Source: Lama guanicoe
Lineage: Eukaryota
Assembly: GCA_013239625.1 (NCBI GenBank)
Contig: MU054098.1
Span: 1,613,104 to 1,677,103, forward strand
Direction of reading: 5' to 3'
Length of the DNA stretch: 64,000 nucleotides
The notes under the pieces are model-generated. The model had not been told where the DNA came from. It was given only the letters and a program-made list of their open reading frames with translations, and did no database searches. The first letter of the stretch is position 1, and the number at the start of each line of letters is the position of its first letter. The position numbers and the translations under genes are program-made. Shown piece after piece: positions 53,410 through 64,000 of this stretch.

Positions 53410-54360
53410 GCACAGTGAAGGAAACAATCAACAAAATCATAAAGCAACCTATGGTTCGGTAGAAGATATTTACAATTCCTATGTTTGAAAAGGGGATAAT
53501 ATCTAAAATATAAAAAGAACTCCTACAATTCAATAGCAAAGGTCTTGAATAGACATTTCTCCAAAGAAAACATACAAATGGCCAACAGGTGCATGAAAAG
53601 GTGTTCAACATCACTAATCATCACGAGAATGGAAATCAAAAGCACAATGAGATATCACCTCACATCTGCTAGGATGGCTGTTATCAAAAAGATAATCTTT
53701 TAACAGGTGTTGGCAAGAGTGTAGAGAAAAGGGAACCCTTGCACACTCTTAGTTGAAATGTAAATTGGTACAAGCGTTATGCAAAATAGTATGGAGGATC
53801 CTCAAAAAATTAAAAATACAATTACCATATGATCCAGCAATCCCACTTCTGGGTATATATCTAAAGTAAATAAAATCAGTGTGTTGAAGACATATCTTCA
53901 CTCCCATGTTCACTGCAGCATTATTGACAATAGCTAAGACATGAAAACAGTCTAAGTGTCCACTGACAGATGAATAGATAAAGAAAATGTGGTATACACA
54001 TAAAAGGAAATATTATTCAGCCTTTAAAATGGAAGTCTTGCCATATGCAACAACATGGATGAAACTAGAAGACATTATGCCAATTGAAATAAGCCAGTCA
54101 CAGAAGGACAAATACCATATGATTCCACTCATGCGAGTCTAAAATAGTCAAAAGCATAGAAGCAGAGAGAAGAATGGTGGTTTCCAGGGGCAACAGGGAG
54201 TTGTTATTCAATGGATATAAAAATTAAGTTATACAAAATGAGCAAGTTCTAAAGATCTGCTGTATAATATAGTGCCTGTAGTCAACGGTACTATAAAAAC
54301 AAAATTTGTTAAAAGGATAGATCTCATGCTGTCTTTTTACCACAATAAAGAAAAGAATAA
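53410..54360 (+). mobile_element. L1MA-like 3' fragment
   Basis: agacatttctccaaagaaaacatacaaatggccaacagg...ccatatgatccagcaatcccacttctgggtat...gttctaaagatctgctgta. Confidence 0.93.
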
Positions 54361-54829
54361 CACAGGTAAATTATTTACCAAAAAAAAAAAAAGCTGAGAG
54401 GCAAAGTGCCATAGGGAAGATGATCTTTTCTTTGAGATAAAGAAAACACTAGAATTCTCTGGACTCATACTAAAAATTTTAAATTATTTTCCCTTGATAG
54501 GTGGTAGGTGGTATAATATTCTTCCCTTCCCTTTCTAGATCTCTACCTTCATGTGCTTGTTCCATGCAACTCACTAGATCCCCAAGATCCTGACTGGTTT
54601 TGTCTGCCTTATCAGGACCTGTTCCTTCTTACCAGTGTCCTAGGTCCAACTTCTTTCTCCCCTCAAGCCCTATCCCTCTACTCAAAACTTCCCTGTTTAG
54701 TGTCCCATGGTGATGAGTGAAGGAGGGAAGGTTAAGAAGGAAAGATTCTGGTGAGAGCTGTTACAACAAAGGAATCTTGACAATATAACATAGTAAAACC
54801 TCGAAGAAACCCTCAAAGGCTTATCATTG

Positions 54830-55270
54830 ACTATCAGACTACATTCTGATTCCTTATTTTGTCATTTAAAGTCATCTACAATCTGCCCTGGCTGCCCTTT
54901 CTCGTGGGAATCCTATTTCTCCAATTCGTAAAGGTTTCTGCTTCAGCCACACTTTTCCACACGTTGTGCACTCGATGCACCAAGCTCTTTCTCACTCTTG
55001 AAATCTCACTCCATCCTAACATTACTACCTCTTCCAAAAAGCCTTTTCCAAGGCATGAGCTCACTCTGATATGATCATCCACTGAAATTTCATAGGTGAT
55101 ATCACATACATATCCTCTTAACTTGATATATACATGGAATGCTTTAACATTTTTTCTTTCTCTAATGAATACTTTAATATCTTTGAGAGAAATAACCACT
55201 TTGTCTATCCATGCTGCTAACAATAAGTTGTACATGTAGAAACAGCTTAGTAAATACCTGTTGGATTAAA
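54830..55270. mobile_element. L2 fragment
   Basis: Degraded L2-like sequence ending tagtaaatacctgttggatt. Confidence 0.55.
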
Positions 55271-56589
55271 CTAGTATTCTACTGGTATCATATTTTTTCT
55301 ATAGCTATGTCATTGCCATTCATGTCTTTCAGTAAACAGATTTCAGGTGATTATTTTGACTAAAGTTACAGTTGCAGGGTGTCTTCTACATTGGTTTTGC
55401 TGCTGAAGGTATGGACCCAGTCAGGTTTTGTTAATTCACAAATGATGTCTGTTCTCACACATTAAATCTCTCACTCTTCCTATGAAGAAAACAAAGTAAC
55501 CTGACTTAACTTTAAGATAAGAAAAATAGATCTATTCAAATACCAATTTCTCAATTGCTTATCCATATGGAAGTTCAATTTAAATATCATATTTTGATGA
55601 ATATAGAGAAAAGCACCTGGGAAATAATGTATCTGTAACTGGCGTGATGAAAGAGAGATCTATATCATTTAATTTGCTATTAGATCTCTAGAAAATATAG
55701 CCATTTAGAGGACGATTATGGACTCTGTAAATGTGCTAAATCCTTGATGCAGTACTGAATCAGCTGCTAGTATGCATGAATTTCATTTCCTTGTTTTCAT
55801 TTCAAATAATACTTTCCACTTAGGAGCTAATGGAATCATAAAGAGAGGTCATTAGACATTGGTTTCAACAAATGGTATCTGATGTAATAGACTCATTAAC
55901 ACATTGACAGGGGGAAGTATTGTTTCTAATAAATACTAATATGAGTTTTTCTAGTTATCAAAACTAACTGTATATATGCATGGGGCACCATAATTTTAGA
56001 GGCTAGTACATGATAATAACTTCCAAACAGTATGAGAATAAGCTTCTAAAATCTATCTTTTTTGTCTTAAAGATAAATTTTGCACTCTTTTTGCTTTCTA
56101 AAATAAGTGAAGATACTCTTTGGCAATTGAGTTTTACAATAAGTTTTGGTTGCTCTATGAGGCTGAACTGTATCATTAAACAGAGATGGAACTATCAGTT
56201 CTACCTATAACCATGTAATAATTTTATTACATTGAGATGAAAACAGAGAAGAAAAGGAATTCAAAGTCTTTATTGCTAAAATAAAATGTATGATTAGTGA
56301 AATGGCCTATTTCAGACAACAAAGGACAACAAAGGAAGTAACAGGCAACAAAGGAAGCCCATTTTGATTTATAAACATATAGATAATTTAGAAAAAGCAC
56401 TCTTTTGCTTTACTCTCCTTCCCCAATAAGTGTCACTTAAATTAACACTAATTGACCCTTACTATGGCCCTGGTACCAGGAATACACAAAGGTATACGAT
56501 ATCTTCCCTGCCTTAAAGGAACTCACAGTCTAGCAGAAGAGAAATGTTTAAACAAAATTTGCAGATTTATAATATGATAAGTTACACAG

Positions 56590-57350
56590 ACCAGTTCAGT
56601 TTCTGGCAATAAAGCAGATTATATAACTTTAAATATCTCCCTCTACAAAACACATGGAAGTGTTGGATAAAGTATAACAAAGAGAAGTTTCCAGAATTTG
56701 TTAAAGACAGTTATCTTCAGATAGAAGATGAATGTCAAGTTTCAGCCAGCATTTAGAATGGAGGGGAGGGGGAAGCATCATAGCGAAGCTAAAGAAAATC
56801 AAAGACAAAGAGATCTTTGAAGCAACTAATGAGAAAAGGCAACAAGAATGGAATCCAGAAGACAGAGAGATAATAACCTTAAGTGCTAAGGAAAATAAAT
56901 ACTAATCTAGAATATTATGTACAGCTAAACCAATATTCAAGAATGAGGGTAAATACATATATATTTTTGGACAAAAACAATAAATAGTGAGTAAAGAAAT
57001 TAAAATATATAGAATAATTTGAAGAAACAATCTCTGCAAAAATAATGACTAACTGGAGAGGACATAAAAACAAAGTGGAACTAAAATCTGGACATGACAT
57101 GAAAGGAATGAGACAAGTATTCTAAGCTAAAGCAGTCTAAGGGCCTTGTACTGTTCGAGAAAGTAGAAATACTGGTTAATATTACACTGTGTTAAGTGAA
57201 GTATGCATGTTAAACATTTAATGGTAATGAGGAAAAAGAAACAAAATACAAAGATATAAATTCCAAACCAATAGAAGGAACAAAAAGGGAACAAACACAT
57301 TAAATGTTCTCCATTAAGTGCTTGGAACATGAAAACAATAATACTAAAAT
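56590..57350 (+). mobile_element. Ancient L1M(E) fragment
   Basis: ctagaatattatgtacagctaaac..atattcaagaatgagggtaaaa (ORF1-like); heavily decayed. Confidence 0.6.
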
Positions 57351-57479
57351 AGCACTCAACTCTAGGTAAGTCAAAGTCTTCAAAGTAAAGGAGAATCTGA
57401 GCTGAGTCTTGGAAGAAAAGTATTCACCTGGAAGAACGGGAAAAGTTGAATTAAAGAGCAATCCGTGAAGGAACACACT

Positions 57480-57895
57480 TGTATGGTCAGGCCATTCAAG
57501 AGGGCTGTTCTCTTGCTCTCCGTACATCTCCTGCTCAAACTGCTTCCCTCACATGACTATCCAATCCTCTTAATTATAGGGCTTAATTGGTAATTGCCTA
57601 CGTGCTTGCCTCCTGCCCCAGCTGCTGGTTTCCCTGGTAACTGATGAGCCAAACTGACATCTATTCCCCATATAAATGGTAGCCTCCTTCTCCCTCGAGT
57701 AGCAAAAATTGTTGCCATGTCCCGCCTGCCATCTGCCATCCATGGTGGGGTGTTGCTCCAGGACCCTTGTTTTGGACGTGTAAGATCCCCTGTCCAATAA
57801 ACTGTTGATGTCTCTGTAGCTGTCTCCAGGCTCCTTGTTCATTCTCAAGACTGGACAACGACAAGGCTTGCAGGCCTGCAGAGTACAGCCTAACG
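57480..57895 (+). mobile_element. ERV solo LTR (~416 bp) inserted in an L2 relic
   Basis: GC-richer block starting TG; CCAAT at 57561, TATAAA at 57671, AATAAA at 57796 in U3-R-U5 order; ends ...cctaacg; TSD not clear. Confidence 0.75.
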
Positions 57896-58799
57896 AAAGT
57901 TTATCTTGAGAATAGTTATTATTAAGGTGAATCTAAAACACTCAGGGAGGGACAAGAGTAGAGGGAAGAGAGCAGGAACTAGGATGTTATTCAAGATGAA
58001 GATATAAGGTCAAGGGCTTCAAAGTAAAAGACTTTGTTAACACTAATGAGTTTCATATTTATCCTCCAGAACAAGGGTCTCCATAATTTTTGATTACCAT
58101 TCTTACCAGAGGAAAATTTGAACATGTATCCTCAATAAACATGTATATTTATTTATTTCTAAATTATTCATTTACACTTTATTAAAACATTATGTACATT
58201 AAAATTGACAAAAATAGAAATTAAAAAGAATGAGAAAAAGTGAAATTATGTAATGATACAAAATATTATTATTATGAATACAATTACTATTAACATTTTC
58301 TATGTTCTGGATGTTTAGTTTTTAAATTGCTTGGTAATCATTACTACTTTATACTATTATACTCCTATCATAGGACACAACAAACAGCTAAGTCAAGTTC
58401 ATTATTTTTAACAGCAGATGTAAACCATATTTAAAATATTCTTCTTTATAACACAGAATTTTTTTAACCTGGCCTCTATTCATATTTGATTAGGTCATTG
58501 TTTTCATATGTTTAATATTGTTTATACATATTATTATATATTTTTACATTGCTTTGAATGGCTGACCAAAAGTTTATACTAGGAATAGAAGTGTAAGCTC
58601 TGTCATGTCTTGCTTGTTCATTTAAGCTTACATTATTAGTATTGTCTTAAATCTAAGATTTTTTTCACAAGAATATTAAGAAAACTTTCCCATTTTGTGA
58701 AGTTGAATTTATTTAAAACTAGATATGATCTATAAATCCACTTAACTAGGCACATGTAAGCTGTAACACATCATGATATGCTGAAAGCAACAAAGGACT

Positions 58800-59230
58800 A
58801 AGGGCACTACAGATAACTAAACTGTGACATATTCATAGAACATAATACTGTATAAGAGTGTAAATTAATATGTTAGAGCTATAGATATCAATATGGATGA
58901 AACTCAAAAATATATTAGGCAAAAAAATTGTAGCATATGTACAGTATAATAATTTATAGAAAGCATAAAAGAATATAAAATACTATAAATCCTTCATAGA
59001 TGCATATACAGAATAAAATATAAAGAAATGTATGAGGAAAATAAACTTCCAGTTTATTGTAGTGACTCCTTCTGGGAGACAGTGAGGAAGAGGACACTAA
59101 AGAAGAAAACAGGGTATTTCAAATGTTTTGGTAACATTCTATGGCATATGTTCAATATTAGGTGTCCTGGTGTTCATTGTATTATTTTTTATACATTTTA
59201 AAATGCTTTATTTCTTTTAAAATTTGTTTT
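58800..59230 (+). mobile_element. L1ME-like 3' end
   Basis: atcaatatggatgaaactcaaaaa...gtgttcattgtattattttttatac. Confidence 0.7.
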
Positions 59231-59479
59231 TAAAAAGGAACAGGATCAAGTAAAAAAGACTGACGGAGTTTCAAAAGGTAGTCAGAGAAATAAGAGAGGT
59301 TTTACAGAATTCAAGAAAAAAAGGAAGACATTTCAAAGATTTAAGGGTCAATAATGTTCAATAACAGAGATGAGAACATGAAGTCACAGAAATTAAGAAT
59401 TGGGAAGTCATTTCAGTGGAGTGGTGGCAGTGGAAGCCTAATTCCAATAGGTCAAAGAATGAATAGGGGCAATCTACAC

Positions 59480-61380
59480 ACTGAACTAACAAGAACTGCC
59501 CTTTACAGATCTAGAAATGCTGAAGAATAATCACAAAATAAGTTTATATACTAAATTCAGAAGAAAGGGGAATTCCCAGGTGTCAGAAACTAAGTTGTAG
59601 GATAGTGAGCTATTGTAGCAGTAGTACGAAGAGTCCCAAGACACAGATATACACCCTAATAGTTAGGAAATAAGATTTAAATGTCCATACATGGGGCTCT
59701 TGAGATAGGGAACTTTAAGCAAGACCACTGAATAGCTAGGAAAAGGAAAAAAGGAACTCATATGTACATGAAAGTATCAAGGCAATCTGTTTATATATGA
59801 GACTTTGGATTAAAAAAACACCTGTGAGAAATCAAAATACTAGGTGTGTGAGATAGTCTGATTTTAAAATATGTTCTGCAGGAAATATAAAACAGGGAAA
59901 TTAATATAAATTTTGTTCCAATATTGGTGAAATTCCTGATACCTGTAACATGCAAATGTAAGTCTGCTTTCTAAGAACTTTTCTAAAATTCAGAGTACAT
60001 ACACACTGACAATGAATAATTTTTTTCAAATATAGCTCACTATAAAAAAAAATACATGAAAAGAATGGCCCACTGTGATGGATCCAGAAAACAAGAATTA
60101 GATTGTAAATACATCAAGCAAATAAAACATAGATAAATTATGAAATATGATTAAAAGATAAAAGAGAAAAAACACAAGCTAAGAAGAAAGAAAAGAATAC
60201 AATAAGAAAAAGAAGAACAGATAGATTGGTAACAGATCCACATAGAATTTTTGGAAATTAAAAATTATTCTAATTATAATTTAAAAAACAATAGATGGAT
60301 AAATAGCAAATTAGATAATGTTAAAGAAAAATTTAAAAACTGGAAATTTTTTTTTAAAAAAACACCAAAATGCAGTACTGAGAGGTGATGAGATAAAAAA
60401 CTTGAAAAAGAATTTTAAATATCTGGGAGGAAAACACACAATATTTTTATTAGAAGTTCCAGAAGAAGAACATTTTTAAAAAATGGGAAAGAGAGGATAT
60501 CCAAAATGGCAAGGATTAGAAATTTCTAGAAATGTTTTTTTAAAAATGAATTGTCAAGAATGCCAACCCCCAAGCAGGATTTAAATGATAATAATAATTA
60601 GCAGTAGTAAAATCTAGTGAAATTTTAGAACACTAAATAAAAGCAGAAGAAAGAAACAAAACTACAAAAAGGGAGGGGGAAGAGACTAGCTATGAAGGAA
60701 CAATGCCTAGAATGACAACAAACTTTTTGGCAGCAACAGAGGCCAGAAGACAGTGGAATTAGATCTTCAGAATGCTGAAGAAAAATACCTGTCACCCTAG
60801 AAGGCCGCAGCCAGCTAAAGTACCATTCAAAAGTGAGAGTAAAATAGACATTATAAAACAAAGACTTAGTTTAACACTTATAAATCCTTTCAGAAAGAGC
60901 TATGAACTGCTATACTTTAGCAAAAAGGAAACTCGCACTTAGAAGAAGAGCTTGAGATGCAATAATACAAATATATGAAAGTCTTGACAAATATCAAAGA
61001 ATCTCTGGAATGAAGACCAAATTCCTTAAATTACTAAATAAAAAAATACAATCAAATAACAAGTTACCTTCAGGAAAAAAGGAAAGCTTCTAAATAACTT
61101 ATAACTCATGTGCCAAAGTAGAAATTATACAAATATAAAAATATTCATATCTGAGTTTCATTCAAAACAAAATGAGAAAAACTGACATGCAGCTCTGGCT
61201 GTAGTTAGAAATATATGTCCTTAAATGTATGCATTAGAAAAAATTAATTTAAAAATTAATAAGATTTAAAAATTTCATTACATATGTACATGTACCAAAA
61301 TGATATGTTGATTAGTGTTACTGTACAAATTGTATCTTAGTGTCTATTGTATAAAAGATAAAGAAGTAACAAAAACAAAA
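59480..61380 (+). mobile_element. Ancient L1M/HAL1-like ORF1 region
   Basis: cagcaacagaggccagaagacagtggaat...ttcagaatgctgaag...ccagctaaagtaccattcaa. Confidence 0.7.
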
Positions 61381-61403
61381 ATCAGGAGAGTTTGGTAGAT
61401 ATG

Positions 61404-61697
61404 TGTATTAAGCACGTTATTCAGTTTCTGTATCTGATATTTTGTCATCATGGGACCTTGCTGACTAGAGAGGGACTACCTCTCCCAGAGTTAGCAGATT
61501 CCTACAGGTAGAAGCAACTATCCAGTGAGCATAGTTTTCATGAGCAAACTAACCAATCCAGAGTCCAAACAACCCCAAGCACCTTCTTTATCATATACTA
61601 ACACCTGTGAGACACTAACCTCCTGCCCTAATCACCCTAGGATCAGCATCAGGCAGCTAGGGGCAGCTCTATACCTGTGAGCACACTGAAATTATTC
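61404..61697 (+). mobile_element. MER74-like (ERVL) LTR, 5' half only
   Basis: tgtattaa...ccttgctgac...agggact.cc.ctcccag.gttagc...aaccaatccagag...cctgccctaatcacc...ctgaaattattc. Confidence 0.85.
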
Positions 61698-63352
61698 CCT
61701 ATTCCAATGGCATTTGTCACAAAAACAGAAAAGAACAACCCTAAAATCCTTATGGAATCATAAAAGACATGGAATAACCAAAGCAATCTTGAGAAAGAAC
61801 AAAGCTAGAGACATCACACTTCCTGATTTCAAACTACATTACAAAGCTGTAATAATCAACATAGACCAAAGGAACAGAATTGAAAATCCAGAAATAAACC
61901 TACCCATATATGATCAACTAATATTTGAAAAGGGGGCCAAAAATACTCAATAGGGAATGGGAAATCTTATCAATAAAAGATACTGGGAAAACTGGATAGC
62001 CACAGAGGAAAAAAAAAAAAGAAATTGGACCCCTATCTTGCACCGCTTACAAAAATTAAGTAGAAATGGATTAAGGACTTAAACCTAAGACCTGCAACCA
62101 TAAAACTCTTGGGAAAAAAAAAACAGAGAAAAAGCTCCTTGACACTGGTCTTTGAAATGATATTTTGGATAGGACACCAAAAGCACAATTAAAACAAAAA
62201 TAAACAAGTGAAACTACATCCCACTAAAAAGCTTCTATAAAGCAAAAGAAACAACCAACAAAATGAAGAGGTAACCTACAGAACAGGGGAAAATATTTGC
62301 AGTCCATGTATGTAATAAGGGGCTAGTATCCAAAACATATAAGGAAGCCATACAACTCAATACCCAAAACAAATAAACCAGTTGAAAAATGGGCAGAGGA
62401 CTTAAAGAGACTTTCTCAAAAAGAAGCATACAAATGGCCAGCAAGTACATAAAATGGTATACAACATCATTAATATTAGGGAAATGCAAATCAAAACTAT
62501 AATGAGCTATCTCCTCACACCTGTTGTCATGACTATTAGCAAAAAGACAAGAGTAACAAATGGTGGCAAGGATGTAGAAAAAAGGGAATTCTGGTGCAAT
62601 GTTGGTGGGAATGTAGATTGGTTCCAGCACTAGGGAAAACTGTATGGAGGTTCCTCAGAAAATTGAAAATAGAACTATCATATAATCCAGCAATTCCACT
62701 TCTGGGTATATACCTGAAGGAAATAAAATCATTATCTCAAAGAGATATCTGCACTCCTGTGCTCATTGCAGCATTATTCACAATAGTGATATCCTAACTG
62801 GATGGATGGATCAAGAATATGTGGTTTATGTATACAATGGAATATTATTCAGTTCTAAAAAGGAAGGAAATTCTGCCATTTGTGACAACATAGATGGACC
62901 TTGAGGGCATTATGCTAAGTGAAGTAAGTCAGAAAGAGAAAGACAAATACTGCATGACCTCACTTACATGTGGAATCTATAAACAACAAATTCATAGAAA
63001 CAGTAGAATGGTGGTTTCCAGGGACTGAGGGATGAGGGAAATGGGGAGATATTAGTCAAAGGTTACAAACTTTCAGTTACACAATGAATAAGTTCCAGGG
63101 ATCTAAAGAACACCGTGGTGACTATAGTTAATACTGTACTGTATACTTCGAAAGTTGCTAAGAGAGTAATGCTTTCATGTTGTCATCATAACAATAAAAC
63201 ATGGTAATTATGTGAGATGAGGTGAAGGATGTGTTAACTAACCTTATTTTGATAAACATTTCACAATATATACTTGTATCAAGTCATCACGTTGTTTACC
63301 TTAAAACTTATACAATGTTATATGACAATTATACCTCAATAAAGCTGGAAAA
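61698..63352 (+). mobile_element. L1MA-like 3' portion (ORF2 C-terminal part and 3' UTR)
   Basis: ORFs 61714-61953 ([23 protein letters not shown]) and 62594-62797 (CWWECRLV...[11 protein letters not shown]); ends cctcaataaagctggaaaaa. Confidence 0.95.
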
Positions 63353-63542
63353 ATATATACAAATCTCTATCTTTGTCAGCATGCTTGAAATATTTCCTAA
63401 TACTTGGAGATAAAAACAGGCTAGAACATATTTTCAACATCATTGATTATTTCTATTTATTTGTTAGGATAGTGTATCCACAGATGTTTATTTTACTAGT
63501 GTTATGCTTTATAATTTACATATGCATTTAAAATATTCTTAT

Positions 63543-63960
63543 AAGTATTACATATGCTTTATTAATATATGTGTCAAATATTTCAAAAATATAATATTAG
63601 TGAGTGAAACAAGTTAATTAAAAAAATAAACACAAAAAGACAATGAATATATGTATGCTCATGTATGACTGAAAAATTGTGCTCTACACTGGAATTTGAC
63701 ACAACATTGTAAAATGACTATAACTCAATAAAAATGTTTTAAAAAATATAAATACAGATATAGATAGTCAAAAAGTATTACATATGCTTTATTAATATAT
63801 GTGTCAAATATTTCAAAAATATAATATTAGTGAGTGAAACAAGTTAATTAAAAAAATAAACACAAAAAGACAATGAATATATGTATGCTCATGTATGACT
63901 GAAAAATTGTGCTCTACACTGGAAACTGACACAACATTGTAAACTGACTATAACTCAATA
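63543..63960 (+). repeat. Tandem duplication, period 230 bp, each copy carrying a ~90-bp young L1 3' tail
   Basis: 63543-63730 versus 63773-63960: 188 bp with 3 mismatches. Confidence 0.95.
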
Positions 63961-64000
63961 GAATAAAATTTTTAAAAAGAGAATAAATAAGAAGATGTCA

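Noticed and set aside
55379..55409. 31-nt plus-strand micro-exon (GVFYIGFAAE)
   Set aside because: Weak pyrimidine tract, no partner exon, expected by chance.
1..64000. CRISPR array, prokaryotic or viral system, CpG-island promoter, rRNA or NUMT
   Set aside because: No repeat-spacer periodicity, long intact ORFs, CpG-rich block or rRNA/mitochondrial-like sequence was seen.

Overview
AT-rich mammalian nuclear DNA, most likely camelid, judged from three tRNA-Ala-derived SINEs resembling the camelid Vic-1 family. The window is intronic or intergenic and dominated by transposon relics: L1 fragments of several ages, L2, MIR, a Tigger1 derivative, MER58, MLT1, MER74 and an ERV solo LTR. It also has two N-gaps. 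I found no recognisable host protein-coding gene; the ORF-track entries I could identify are L1 ORF2 remnants or N-artefacts. I cannot support a new biological system. The best leads are: (1) a full-length U6 snRNA/L1 chimeric retrocopy with a target-site duplication (TSD) at 43677-44065; (2) an L1 whose normal 3' UTR is replaced by a ~290-bp non-L1 segment with its own AATAAA and A-tail (14718-16055); (3) a young L1 with an unusually long 32-37 bp TSD; (4) a speculative phase-compatible set of minus-strand exons near 32.7-33.0 kb and 39.3 kb; (5) a 47-bp hairpin-containing direct repeat 2.6 kb apart; (6) a 230-bp-period tandem duplication at the window end. Repeat family names come from recall of consensus sequences, not from a search, and boundaries of old repeats are approximate.
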